The notes: a model not told the origin generated them from the letters alone. A stretch of DNA of 64,000 bases from Octopus sinensis (GCF_006345805.1 NC_042998.1:161510001-161574000), one strand, 5' to 3'; counted from the first letter of the stretch, positions 1-13,197 are shown. Translations and numbers: made by a program.

Positions 1-852
1 GACCTTAGAAAGGAGGGTCAGCAACCACCGCCGGAGAGCAACATCGTGTTCTACGGCAACAACACAAAACTACAGTTGCCCTTCAAATCATTGGAAGAGG
101 AATTCAAGGTGGCAAGAGCCAGAGAAGTAGTCCAGTACAGGGACTCTTGTGATCTGAAGGTGGCTAAAGCAGGGATCCAAGAAAGGATTAGCAGGAAGTG
201 GAGAGCAGAGGACGGAGTTCAAGAGGCAGAGGCAAGGTTGCACCAAAGGAGACTTGTGTGAGTGGTCACACGAGGCAGAGCTGGGCTAGGCTCTTTTCTG
301 ACTCTGTAAATGAACACCAGTGGGAAAGAAGGGTGCTGCCTTGCTTAGTAGGAGGTGAGAGATGCAGTGGAGGAAATGAGAACATGCAAGGCAGTGGAAA
401 TAAAGCAGCAGGGAGCTTGGACAAGATGGGAGAATGCGGTTGAGAGGAAAGTGACCTGAGCTGAACTGTGGAAAGCCAAGCCTCTACACATTAAATTTCT
501 CATACAGGCAGTGTACGATGTGCTTCGAAGCCCATCAAACAGCATGTGCATTGTGTTCCAAGCGAGGAACTCTGGAGTATGTCTTCAGCTGCTGCACGGA
601 GACACTTGGAGAAGAACGGTACCGCTGGAGGCATGTCTAAGTCCTTAAGACTATCACTGAAGCCATCAGTGCAGGACATGTGTGGGCGAAGCGGTTCTGG
701 CCCTCCAAGAAAACCATTGCCTTTGTCAGAGCTGAGGAATAGCCAACCCTTGCCGGAAAAACATCGGCGGGCATCCTAACATCTGCAAGAGGCTAGCAGT
801 TGCTGATGGATCTTAAGTGTCAGCTGAAGTTCCCTAGCAACATTGCAGTCAC
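1..852 (+). mobile_element. Decayed non-LTR retrotransposon of the HERO/R2 group (post-RT region, zinc knuckle, start of REL endonuclease)
   Basis: Frameshifted translation gives FYGNNTKLQLPFKSLEEEFKVARAREVVQYRDS..RKWRAE..EAEARL..RGRAGLG; ELWKAKPLHIKFLIQAVYDVLRSPSN; CALCSKRGTLEYVFSCC..RYRWRH; LLMDLKCQLKFPSNIAVT. These match motifs I recall for HERO-type elements. Stops and frameshifts present; cut by a microsatellite at 853. Confidence 0.8.
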
Positions 853-966
853 ATATATATATATATATAGAGAGAGAGAAAGAGAGAGAGAGGGAGAGAG
901 AGAGGGAGAGAAAGAGAGAGAATTACACACACATACATATATGTATATATGTATGTATGTATGTGT

Positions 967-1057
<91 letters not shown>
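853..1057. repeat. Compound (TA)n/(GA)n/(CA)n/(CT)n microsatellite
   Basis: Directly visible. Confidence 0.95.
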
Positions 1058-1059
<2 letters not shown>

Positions 1060-1445
1060 GGAGTGGCTGTGTGGTAAGTAGCTTGATTACCAACCACATG
1101 GTTCCAGGTTCAGTCCCACTGCGTGGCACCTTGGGCAAATGTCTTCTACTATAGCCTTGGGCCAACCAAAGCCTTGTGAGGGGATTTGGTAGACGGAAAC
1201 TGAAAGAAGCCCGTCGTATGTATATATATATATGTGTGTGTTTGTGTAACTGTGTTTGTCCCCCCAATATCGCTTGACAACCAATGCTGGTGTGTTTACA
1301 TCCCCGTAACTTAGCGGTTCAGCAAAAAGAGACCGATAGAATAAGTACTAGGCTTACAAAGAATAAGTCCTGGGGTTAATTTGCTCGACTAAAGGCAGTG
1401 CTCCAGCATGGCCACAGTCAAATGACTGAAACAAGTAAAAGAGTA
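1058..1445 (+). mobile_element. tRNA-headed SINE, family A (CAGGAGTGGCTGTGTGGTAAG...GACTGAAACAAGTAAAAGAG) with internal (TA/TG)n
   Basis: A-box-like and B-box-like (GGTTCAGTCCC) head. Similar copies at about 2860-3245(-), 14608-15000(+), 38327-39445(+), 49290-49680(-), 50100-50320(-), 56985-57360(-), 57725-57900(-), 58920-59100(+), 62745-62900(-). Confidence 0.85.
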
Positions 1446-1469
1446 TATATATATATATATATATATACG

Positions 1470-1660
1470 TGCGGGTGGCACGTAAAAAGCACCCACTACA
1501 CTCACGGAGTGGTTGGCGTTAGGAAGGGCATCCAGCCGTAGAAACACTGCCAGATTTGACTGGGCCTGATGAAGCCTTCTGGCTTCACAGACCCCAGTAG
1601 AACCGTCCAACCCATGCTAGCATGGAAAACGGACGCTAAACGATGATGATGATGATGATG
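1470..1660 (+). mobile_element. SINE or LINE-tail family C ending in AAACGATGATGATG
   Basis: GTAAAAAGCACC..GGAAGGGCATCCAGC..CCCATGC(C/T)AGCATGGAAAA..(GAT)n. Recurs at about 6890-7050(-), 13500-13700(+), 24620-24810(-), 57390-57530(+), 58235-58410(+), 58412-58706(-), 63790-63985(+). Confidence 0.8.
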
Positions 1661-2000
1661 ACAAACACACACACATACATACATACGTGCATAGAAATAT
1701 TTATGTATGTGTGTGTCTTTGGTGTTTGTGTTTGTCCCACACTACTGTTTGACAACTGATGTTCATTTGCTTATATCCCCATAAGTTAGTGATTCGGCAA
1801 AAGAGACCAATAGCTTAGGTATCAGATTTATTTGATTGGCTAAGCCAATCAAGGCAATGACTCCAGCATGGCCACAGTCCAATGACTGAATCAAGTAAAC
1901 AATACTAAATTACAGTTATTGCTTATAAATTTTTGAAGTTCAATTACTCATACTCTGCATTTCAGTGGGTTACAATGATAAAGGGATGCTTATAACTTGA

Positions 2001-2227
2001 CGGCGGTGAGCTGGCAGAATTGTTAGCATGCCGGGTGAAATACTTAGCGGCATTTCGTCTGCCATTACGTTCTGAGTTCAAATTCCACCGAGGTCGACTT
2101 TGTCTTTCATCCTTTCGGGATCGATTAAATAAGTACTATTTACACACTGAGGTCGATGTTATCGACTTAATCCCTTTGTCCTTGTTTGTCCCCTCTATGT
2201 TTAGCCCCCTGTGGGCAATAAAGAAAG
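2001..2227 (+). mobile_element. Young SINE family B' copy with 19-bp target-site duplication
   Basis: AGGGATGCTTATAACTTGA at 1982-2000 and 2228-2246; head GGCGGTGAGCTGGCAGAA..GAGTTCAAATTCC; core CTTTCATCCTTTCGGG.TCGAT.AA. Confidence 0.88.
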
Positions 2228-3289
2228 AGGGATGCTTATAACTTGATAAAAAACATACATGTTCTCTGCCATCTTTTCCATGGGTGGTGTTAGATACAAT
2301 ACAAGCTCCAACTTCGTGTTCACCATTTTATTACCTGCTCACTCCCTAGAGATTAGATCTCCAGCCTCCTTTGTTAATGTCTGCATTGCAAATGTCAATC
2401 TTAAATGAATGTGGTAGGTCCAGAGCCCTTTCTAACATCCATCTGTCATCCATCAGCAAGGGTGCAGTTGTGAGACAAAAGTTAAGGGCCCTGTGGAAAT
2501 AGAAAATGACTACAGAAACTAGTATACAAGAATAAATAAATAAATAATGGTAAGAGAAGGCGGAGAAGGTTATGTTTCATTGTTTAGGTTAGCTTCTTTC
2601 ATTTTTGTAATTGTCATATTTCAATTCAGCTTTGCTCTTCCTTCAATCTTTTCCAGATTTTTTCTTTTCACAATACATATACACACATGCCTACATACAT
2701 ATGCTTAGACAAATATATTTACACAGAGACATGCACATACTCACACACATGCACATACAGGCAGACATATATGTATATATGTATATATGTATGTATGTAT
2801 GTGTGTATGTGAAGGCATGTGGCTTAGTGATTTTGTCTTTGATTCTTTTATTCTTTTATTTGTTTCAGTCATTTGACTGTGGCCATGCTGGAGCACCGCC
2901 TTTAGTCGAGCAAATCAATCCCAGGACTTATTCTTTGTAAGCCTAGTACTTATTCTATCAGTCTATTTTGCCGAACTGCTAAGTTGCGAGGAAAAACATC
3001 AGCATCGGTTATCAAGCGATGTTGGGGGACAAACACAGACACACAAACATACATACACACACACACATACACACACACACAGAGATATATATATATATAC
3101 ATATATACGACGAGCTTCTTTCAGTTTCCGTCTACCAAATACACTCACAAGGCTTTGGTCGGCCTGAGGCTATAGTAGAAGACACTTGCCCAAGGTGCCA
3201 TGCAGTGGGACTGAACCCGGAACCATGAGGTTGGTAAGCAAGCTACTAGCTCATGATTATAAGGTTGTGAGTTTGATACCTGGTGGTGC

Positions 3290-3520
3290 ACATCCTTCTC
3301 TTAAATTCAGCTGCTCACTTTTGCACTGTTGATAAAGCTGGTGCATCATCACCTAATACAGCAACCGTGTCAGCATGTATGTCCATTGGGACAAAATTCT
3401 TTTTCTGAAGGTACCTGATAACAGTACAGTGCCAAATTTTGTCTATTATCATGAGAAGTTGCTATTAGTTATTTTTGAAGTCTCCCTTGAACAGGCAGTT
3501 GTCAGTTTACGTGGGAAGGA
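3290..3520 (-). mobile_element. Mariner transposase N-terminal fragment
   Basis: Minus translation VIRYLQKKNFVPMDIHADTVAVLGDDAPALSTVQK*AAEFKR (mariner HTH region). Confidence 0.7.
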
Positions 3521-3617
3521 ACAATGCAGTTATCAATAAGAATATTGAAATTAATACATAAAAGATTTGACAGCTCTAGTACCAAATTTTTCAGCTCACT
3601 CTTGTTTATTTGCTTGT

Positions 3618-3790
3618 TTGTATGTATGTATGCATGCATGCATGTATGTATGTATGTATATATGCATGCATGTATGTATGTATGCATGCATGCATGTATG
3701 TATGTATGCATGTATGCATGTATGCATGCATACATGCACACACACACACACACACACATACATGTGTGTGTGTTTTTGTGTGTGTATGTG
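3618..3790. repeat. (TATG/CATG)n plus (CA)n microsatellite
   Basis: Directly visible; explains the overlapping MYVC/HTYI ORFs. Confidence 0.95.
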
Positions 3791-4425
3791 TGAGAACAAT
3801 TTATATGAAATAACAATAAAACTGTTTTGAATATGTTGCAGCATGCCAAAGCTTATAAACAGGGTAACAATGGTTGTGATTTTTGTTACGTAGAAAAATA
3901 TATTTATTGTTTTATAAAGGTCTCATCTTCAACAGACATTCAAAATATATATTATTTTGTCATAGTAAATAAAGCTATCTATTAAGAATATTTGGAATTA
4001 TGTAAGAGATAAAAACTGTAGCATCTCATATAACACAATCACCAACACACTGAGAAAAACTCAATTTCTTATAAATAAAATTTTTGCTATTTTTGTTGTC
4101 ATATATCATGAAGACAAGTGACTGACCAGCTGAGAGTGTCATACAATAAATCTGACTGTATAAAAAAATCTGTTCTATTGTTAACATGCTTATTCATTCA
4201 TTATTTTTTTTTTTTTTTATATTTCATGCTTCATTTATTACAGTAATTGCCTGAAAATCAGTAAAATATAATAGTTATAATCGATGTAATTTTAATATAA
4301 AATAAATTCAAAACCTACTCTACAGCTTCGTACTGAGTTCTCTATGCCTCTGTGTTTTTTATGCTGTTGTGTAGCTCATTCCTAAATAGATGTGCGTGTG
4401 TGTTTGTATGCATGTGCCTTGCTCC

Positions 4426-4459
<34 letters not shown>

Positions 4460-4573
4460 TTACACACACACACATACAATACACATAATTATGTTTAGGC
4501 AGCCACACACATACTCCTATTCGTGCATACATGTATATACATATATCTGTTAACATATACATATTTATATATG

Positions 4574-4616
<43 letters not shown>

Positions 4617-6031
4617 TTATGTATATGTGAGCATGTGTGTGTATGTGTGAGTGTGTGTGTGTGTGCTTGTATGTATGGAATTTTTTTTCCTTCCCATTTA
4701 TACATAAAAATCTATACAAGAATCAGAAAGTATTTTGAACAGTGACCTGCAAAATTAGATAAAAAGTATTCATTAATTCTCTGCAATATGAATTCTGAAG
4801 TTCAATTCCGTGTCTTGCTGCAAAGATTAAAAATCAATTGTTGCCTGTTTATATTATTGGCACCATGGCACCTGGCAATAATCTGTAATCACAGAAAAAT
4901 GTTCTAAGGAAAAACAGCAAGCATGAAGAAAGCAGTTTGAAAGATTTATTGTCTAGTAACATTTCACAATGATTCTTTTATTGCTTAGAACTGTAAAATT
5001 GATAGCATTTCTCTAGCTTCTCACTGTATTTGATGTTTTGACCATTTAGGGAAAAATAACACTCGTCTTAGACCTTTTTTGTTGAGATATAAAATATATT
5101 TCTTCTCATTTGGGACATTTATAGCAAAAACCATGTATCTCCCCCTTTAACAATTATAGTGTAACTGGCAACAAATTTCATAGCCATACATTCTATCAGA
5201 GCAATTTATCTTTTCAGTGACTGAATTATTTATTCCAAAGGACATCAAGAAAGAAATATCTTGAGACAGACAACCCAGAGTGTATTTAGAATAGAATATA
5301 AAGAAAATAATAATTTGGACAGCAGTTTGCAATTCTCTGATAAAACATATCCCCAGAAATCAGCCTTTTCATTTTCTAACCAAGTTGGATGGATACATAA
5401 CGATAGAAGAAACCATTATTGTGTGACTCTTGCAAGTGAATTGACCTCTTTTGTCACCGACCTTTCCAGATCAACCAAAAAGAAAAGCTCTTATATACTC
5501 TTTATAGTGTCTGATTTCAAGTTTGTTTTCATCGGAAATTTTAACATCTGGCTGAATAATAAATATGACTTCAACATTAATTGGAATTTTTGTTTTATTT
5601 CTCTTCCTCTTTTTGTTTTGTTTTTTGTATATTTGTTTCTGTGTGCATTTTTGCATGTGTATGCATGTGTGTCTATGTCAGTATACATTTGTGCATGTGT
5701 ATGTGTGAGTGTGTGAGCATGCATGTCTTATCTCTGCCTGGCTATTAAGATCCATTAATGGCAAATAGTTTTATAAGTTATTGGACATTATTGTGCAATG
5801 AGAATCCTTAGAAAGACAAGAATCCAACTTCATTAGTTCACAGCATAGAAGAATAAATATATGATTCTATAGACTTCATGTTAATTGGTTATTAATTCCT
5901 CACTTCAGGCAAATAATTCTAATAAAGCCTTAGTTAGAATAGCTGTGAGTAGAGATCAAATAAATTTTGACATTACTTGCTTGTTTTTTTCCTTTTTTTT
6001 TTGTTTGCTTTATTCTGCTCAATATATCTTA

Positions 6032-6066
<35 letters not shown>

Positions 6067-6182
6067 AATAATGCCTCATAGTCGCATTTATGTAATTCTT
6101 ACACTCAGACTTAGTTTGGGGAAATGACATAGCTAGAAATATAAATTGGCATTAAACTAAAATTATCCTTTTACATCATTAT

Positions 6183-6215
<33 letters not shown>

Positions 6216-7629
6216 ACTTTTATCATCATCATCATCATCATCATTATTAAGTTGGAGAGCTGGCAGAATCATTAGCATGCTGGGCAAAATACTTAGCAGT
6301 ATTTTGGCCGTCTTTGCATTCTGAGTTCAGATTCCACTGAGGTTGACTTTGCCTTTCATCCTTTTGAGGTCGATAAAATAAGTACTAGTTGAGTACTGAG
6401 ATTAATGTAGTCAACTATTTCCCTCCCATCAGTATTTTTATTAGGAAAAATTGATTCTTGCAAGATACGATATTTCAACTGAATTTGGTGGAGGTGCAAG
6501 GCCTATGATTTGGGTGCTTGGCTCATGATGATAAGGTTGTGTGTTCAATTCCTGCTCAATTCATGATGATAAGTCGTGTCCTTGAGCAATATACTTCATT
6601 TCACTATTTTGTACAAAATATCACAGTAATATATCACCAACAATTATTTTGTATTGATCAACACAATAATATGCTATCACAATCCCCTATCTGTATTGAC
6701 CTTTACACCAGTAAGATATCACCGCACACAATGAATGAAAACAATAGAGGAAGCCTTTCTACAGTTTCTAGATTTGCCATAAATTGTAGCCACCAAATGA
6801 TAAAATGGACTTGTACATTGGACATCATAGTTTTAAATATACATTTTGATGAGATAGTCACTAATGGAATGACTTCTGATCATAGATCTCATCACCATCC
6901 CTTAAAATCTCTTTTCCATGCTAACATGGGGTTGGTGAGCTGCACCAAGTTCCAGTCTGATTTGGTTTGGTTTCTACATCTGGATGCCTTTCCTAATGCC
7001 AACCACTTTACAGTGTGCACTGGCTGTTTTTAACATGGCACCAGCACAGGTCTGTAAAACAGAAATGATCTATGATTAATCAATCTATCATAACAACAAA
7101 ATTTAAACAGGGAAGTAAGCTTTAAACCCTCAGTTTTCTAATTACTAACTTTTAGTGACCCTCCCCTCTCTCTCTCTCTCTGTCTATCTGTCTATCACTA
7201 TATATCTCTATCTTTCCTTTTCTCTGTCTCTGATTTCTTCCTTTCTTTATAACTCTAGTAATTATGCATACATAAATAGTTGACATCACTGAACAACATT
7301 TAGGCTTTAATCCAATAGATAATCCTGGTCGAAGATTAACTTGCGACCATCTTGCTTTAGGAGGTGAAATTTTTCAGGATCAGTTATTCAAATTTAATAG
7401 TTTTTACCTGATTCATCATTGAACTGCAAATAAAAATTTGAAAGGTGATTGTAAATAGAGAAATTAATGCAAATTCACCACACACACACAGAAGAAGTAA
7501 TTTCCCAATGAAATAAAATACATTTGAGATATGAATGAGTATGATTATTTATTTGTAACCCTTACTGTTGCTGTATTGGTGCTCCAGTAATATGCATCTT
7601 ATGTATGTAAATACACATATGTGTGTATT

Positions 7630-7660
<31 letters not shown>

Positions 7661-7663
<3 letters not shown>

Positions 7664-8524
7664 ATCTGATCAATAAGTATCTGGACTGTTGCCATTGTAA
7701 CGAAGCTAAAGCAATGTAGAGTGAAGCTGCTTGGCACAGATTGACCTTGAACTCTGCTGTACATGTGCACTAAGTTTTAACATTCTAGCCCACTTCTGCT
7801 GTTTACAGCAGTGCTTGTGATCGTTGCTACACTAACCATAGCAGAGAAAGTTGAGCAGAGAATTTGCATCAAATTTTGCTGAAAGCTTGGCAAAACCTGC
7901 TCAGTGGCCTATGCAAAGTTTTTAAAAAGTTTTCATTGTTCTCGATACAATCAAGGAGATCTTGTGCAATTGAAACCTGAGTGTCTTTTTGGTCAGCTGA
8001 AAGCAGTTTTGGCACAAACTTGGCAGATATGCATCTCATACCCAAATCTTCAGTGATAATGAACTGAACTGTAACTAATCTGCACATCCTCTGATAACTC
8101 AAGGATGGTGATTCAACAATTTCCCGTCACATCTGCATGCATATCTGCAATGTTCTTCTCAGTCCTACTGGTTGTGCATCTCCCAGAATGTTCGTCAATA
8201 TTGACATTTTTTCGGCCATCTTGGAAACGTCTGAATCACTTGTTCACACGTGTGCAGCTCATACACTCCTTTCCAAACACTTTCTGCAACTTTGCACCGA
8301 CCTCTGAGCAGGTGTCGCCATTACAACTTTCTCTGTCATGGTTAATGCAACAATCACACACTACACACCTTCCTTCCAAGCACTACTGTAAACAGCGAAA
8401 GTGTACCACAACATCAAAACTTAGTGTGCATGCATAGCGGGGGTTCGAAGTCATCTGTGCCAAGTGGCCTCACTTTATGTGCTTTACTATGGCAATAGTC
8501 TGGATACTTATTGATCAGACCTCG
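7661..8524 (-). mobile_element. Internally deleted mariner with TIRs
   Basis: Left GATCTGATCAATAAGTATCTGGACTGTTGCCAT; right ATGGCAATAGTCTGGATACTTATTGATCAGACCTCG|TA; internal MRCISAKFVPKLLSADQKDTQVSIAQDLLDCIENNENFLK (WVPxxL-type linker). Confidence 0.85.
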
Positions 8525-8857
8525 TATACAAACACACATATTAACAAATTAATAAATAAAACATATGCATATATACATACATATATGTACGTACCTACAT
8601 CTACATGTATATATACATGCATATATGGGTAAAGGACACCAAAAAAACGTTGAACACAATGAGAAACGAAAAGATAAACACAAAACCAACGAAAAAATAG
8701 AGTACAGAACATAGAACACAAGGAAAATTCCCCTTCTTCAGTCGCCTCTGTTTCATCTACTCTGCGTTTCGAAGATCAAGGCAAGACACGACTTCGTTGA
8801 AACATTCCTTCCCACAAAAAGCAAATTAAATAAAATTTGAGATTACACACACATATA

Positions 8858-9340
8858 CAGGGTGCAGTGAATATATTGTCATCTAAATTACACAAAAATG
8901 AAAATAACACTGACATCTCATTTTAATAGATATATTTACGAAAATCACATAAAAATATCTTGAAATACTAAAGAGTAAATTTACTCAATAAAATCGCCAT
9001 TGGCTTCAATGCCTCCAGCCGACATCTCCTTCAACTCTTCTGGATGGTCTCCTTGTTTTAGTTGGTCAATGTTGCCATAATCCTTGACTTCAGTAGTCCC
9101 CTTCTGAAGCCACACACTTTATCCTGCATCCTTTCCATTGATGGATGCATTCCTGGAACTCATTTTTTGGGATAGTAGCTGCCCTTTTGCATTTCATCAA
9201 CATCTAGAAATCTTGTTGATGAATTTTCTCTGCTATGGTCACTGATAGAACCTCTGTGGTGTGGTTGAGACAACCACACTCTACACACTTTACTTCCAAA
9301 CCCTGCTCTAAATAACAGAAGTGAGTGAGAACATTATAAC
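8858..9340 (-). mobile_element. Tc1-like transposon fragment (one end plus C-terminal transposase remnant)
   Basis: TA|CAGGGTG end; decayed minus-strand translation resembling LKSRIMATLTN..NKETIQK..RLEA..EANGDF; second TIR not found. Confidence 0.5.
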
Positions 9341-10400
9341 TTAGCATGAGTGACAGTGTTCAGGGTCAGTCTGTTCCAAGCAGCTTCACTCCGTTTACTT
9401 TAACCCTGTTACCATAGCAACAGTCCTGATACTTTTTGATCAGATCTCATATTTGTTATTTCACTTACATATTACTTGAGAGATTACGATGCTTCTTCAA
9501 CTTTATAATTACACTATGCTATTTATGTGATATATGATTAAGAACTGAAAGAAATCAGTATTGTATAATGGTAAAATCTTCAACAGAATCATCTTATCTG
9601 TTGGTATGGGATATTGCAATATAGCTCAGGGAATTAGTTAAATATGCATATTAGTAATTGTCTTTCTAAATAACTTTAATCCATTGTTTCTTATATGAAC
9701 ACTAATCAGAAGTGACTTGAAAAACTTTAGCAAGTGGCAAGACTTATATAATGAAGACATCATAGAAAGCATGGTTGAAGTTAAAAAACAATAAATAAAA
9801 AAAAATTACAGAAGATAATTTCTTGCAAATATTGCTTCAGGTTTTTGGCACCAGTCATGAATAAAGACATTTTAATGATCGACTACAGAAAATGCTCTTG
9901 CTAGAATACGTTTTTTTTGTTTTACCTAATAAAAGAATAAAACAAATCTAATCTTCAGAACTTATAAGATAAATTATTATCAGAAAAGTTGTCTCTTGTC
10001 AAATTTTAGTGAAGTTCTTATATATCTTGCAATATTATATGCAAATATCTTGCATCAAACAGTAATTTCACATAGATATTGGTATTTTCTTTTTATTTAT
10101 TCATGAAAATTTTGCTAAACAAAGTAAGCTTAAATTTCTCCAGGAAGTTCAAAAAATTTAGATCTGAGTTGTCATATTTATTACATGATATAAACTTGAT
10201 TTTTATTACACACACACACATGCGCGCGCGCACACACACACACACATACACACCACACACACGTACATAAATATATGTATATAATATTTATGTATGTTTA
10301 TATATATATATACATACATATACATACATATATTGATATATGTATATATATATTTATATATATGTGTATGTATGTATATGTATATAAATACATGTATAAG

Positions 10401-10442
<42 letters not shown>

Positions 10443-10879
10443 TCTTTCTTTGTCTGTCTATTCCCAATGCATTCTCAAGTGGCTGCACCAAATCAAGTCA
10501 AATTTTACAAGGTAACAGTATTAAATCCCACAAGTATTAACATGTAATTTTTATTTGGGTTAAAACAGTGTAACATTTTATCTAAAATAATCTTTCTATA
10601 GTCAATTATAGTAAAGGACATTTTATACCATGATGACGACGATGATAACACATTTTGTATATGAGTGTGTATGTGTCTGTGAATGTGTGTGTGTTTGCAA
10701 GTTTGATATGTACAAGATTGTAAAGGACATGTTATACCACAACGACAACACATTTTGTATATGAGAGTGTGTCCCTGAGTGTGTCTTAGTATGTGTACGT
10801 GAGTGTATGTGAGAGAATGTGTGTCATTGTATGTGAGAGTGTATGTATGGTTGCCAATTAGACACATGTAAACTGGCTA

Positions 10880-11650
10880 TGTGAAAGACCTATACTGGCT
10901 CCAACTAATGAAATGGTTGATAAACTCAATCATAAACTTCTTCAAAAGTTAATAGATGCACCAGAAATGACTTTTCCATCATTTCGTACAACATTCGATC
11001 AAGACCAGGCTCTTCAATACTCTGCTGAATTTCTGAATACATTTAAACCTACTGGGTTGCCACCACATAACTTGACACTAAAGCTGGATGCTCCCATTAT
11101 GTTACTTAAGAATCTTGACCCACCTCGCCTGTGTAATGGAACTTGCTTAATTGTTACTTCCATGAATCTCCATGCCCTACATGAAACAATCATAAAAAGT
11201 AGTCACAAAGAAGAAAAATGTCTTTATTCCAAAATTTTTTTCTCATACCTACAGATGTTCCATTTGAATTTAAGAGGCTTCAGTTTCCAGTCAAACTAAG
11301 TATTGGTATTTCAGTAAACAAATCTCAGGGTCAATCCCTCAAAGTATTTGGACTTCATCTCTCTAATACATACTTCTCTCATGGCCAACACTATGTTGGC
11401 TGCTCATGGGTTCAAAGTTGCAACAATTTATTCATTTGGACACTAACAAAAAAGTACACAATGAATATTGTTTAACCTGAGGTGCTTCAAGATTGACAGA
11501 TTTTCAGTTCAAAATTCTATTATGATTACAATTTGGATATTTTAAAATAAAATATAGATATTTAGATATAATCATGACAATAAACTATATCTTTATATTT
11601 CTTGTTTACTAATCTGAATAAGGACAGCAGTAACCCAGGCAATGCCGGGT
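10880..11650 (+). mobile_element. Helitron 3' end: decayed PIF1-like helicase C-terminus plus subterminal hairpin
   Basis: EFLNTFKPTGLPPHNLTLKLDAPIMLLKNLDPPRLCNGT, then (frameshift) LIPTDVPFEFKRLQFPVKLSIGISVNKSQGQSLKVFGLHL..FSHGQHYVGCS; hairpin ACCCAGGCAATGCCGGGT at 11633-11650. Confidence 0.88.
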
Positions 11651-11867
11651 AATATATATATATATATATATATATAAGGCTGAGTGGGGACATTAGCTCT
11701 CTTGTTCAAGGTCCTAATCAAGACTACCACTTTACTTTGGCAAATAGACTTTACTCTGTAGTACTGTTACTACTTATTTCTCATTCAGAGATTTAAGACT
11801 AATTGTTTTTCTCCTTATACATGTATATGTATATGTATATTTATATATATATATATATATACATATA

Positions 11868-13098
11868 CGAGGGGCGTTCAATAAGTAATGCCCCTGGCCC
11901 ACTTCCCATAGCAGTAGAGCAACGAAACTTGGCACAGTTATTAGTCTTTTTCTACATAGGAACCACCCAGAGTTACGCATTTCTCCCATCGTTTGATGCA
12001 GCTCTGGAGACCGATTTTGTAGAAGACCCCAGCTTGGTCCTCCAACCACGACGTGACTTCAGAAATCAAGGCTGCATCATCTGGGAAACGCTTTCCTTTC
12101 AAAAACTTCATGGCTGGGAAGAGGTGAAAATCAGAGGGTGCAAGGTCAGAAGAGTAGGGGATGGGGGAGCAGTTCATAGCCGCATGCCTGTGCTTCTGAT
12201 CTGGCAACACGCGAGTTGTGGACTGGAGCGTTGTCCTGCAGGAGGAGGATGCCTTTGCTGATCTTGCCCCGCCTCTTGATTTTGATAGCTTCTCTTAATT
12301 TCCTCGTCAAAAGTGAAGCATAATAGGCTCCTGTAATTGTGGTACCCTTTGCCAGGAAATCTGTCATCACTACTCCGTCCTGGTCCCAGAAGACTGAGCA
12401 TGACCTCCTCTTTGGAGGAGGTGAGTCACGGTGCTTCCACTGCATTGACTGGGCTTTGGTCTCTGGATCATAGTGATAGACCCAGGTTTCATCCTGTGTA
12501 ATCAGTCTTTTGAAAAATTTTGACTCATCTTCTGGGCACATCTCCAAATTCATCCTCGAGCACTCGACGCGTTCTTGCTTCTGGAAAGGTGTGAGCAACC
12601 TGGGAATCCATCTGGCAGACACCTTTTGCATATGCAAATGGTCATGAATGATAGTTTCCACAGACCCGGTACTAATCTTGACCTCATGGGCTATTTGGCG
12701 AATAGTTATGCGTCGATCTTCCAAAATGGCAGCCTCAACTTGACGGACAGATGCCTCATCGATGGCAGAAGGTGGGGGGCGACCAGATCTGGGAGCTGTT
12801 TCCACAGAGTTCCGACCATGTTTGAATTCACGATGCCAGCGTTTTACAAGGTCATATGATGGGGCATCATCACCATAAGTTACTTTCATTTCATCAAAAG
12901 TCTCCCGTGGTGTGCATCCTTTCAAATACAAAAACCGGATCACTGCTCGACACTCAACAGGCTCCATTTCACACTTGACTCAGTTCAAACACCTGTAAAT
13001 CAGAAACCACAATTAGTTCGGAGCTGTAATTTGCCATGTAATCTATAGATCAAGCAACTGCAAGTGGGTCAGAGGCATTACTTATTGAACGTCCCTCG
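11868..13098 (-). mobile_element. Near-full-length mariner DNA transposon (about 1231 bp), DD34D-type transposase with frameshifts
   Basis: TA|CGAGGGGCGTTCAATAAGTAATGCC ... GGCATTACTTATTGAACGTCCCTCG|TA; ORFs 12967-12146 and 12210-11941 contain GRP, WIPRLLT, TQDETW, QDNA, (P)YSSDLAPSDFHLF and end RWEKCVTLGGSYVEKD*. Confidence 0.95.
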
Positions 13099-13197
13099 TA
13101 TATAGTTGGAATTACAAAAAATAAAGAAAACAAAACATGAAGATGGGTGTGTAAACAACAAACAGATGTATTGGTTTAATGCTTGGGATGTGAGGAA

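Noticed and set aside
3502-3849. Stacked ORFs of 67-115 aa (MYVC/HTYI-rich), likewise at 800-1267, 25525-25856, 26008-26509, 54575-54955
   Set aside because: Translations of stop-free microsatellites, not genes.
5222-5716. 151-aa plus-strand ORF (RQTTQSVFRIEYKENN...)
   Set aside because: No recognisable domain, no good donor, starts at TTG and runs into (TG)n repeats; may hide an exon but unsupported.
6518-7033. 171-aa ORF
   Set aside because: Begins in a family D SINE head and ends in a reversed family C SINE; composite of repeats.
8720-8810. CTGAAGA and GAAACG on the minus strand of a PLE-like repeat
   Set aside because: Could not build stems I and III with a UH site; not called a hammerhead.
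10890-11475. PIF1 helicase as a host gene
   Set aside because: Intronless, frameshifted, C-terminal only and followed by a Helitron hairpin; it is transposon-derived.
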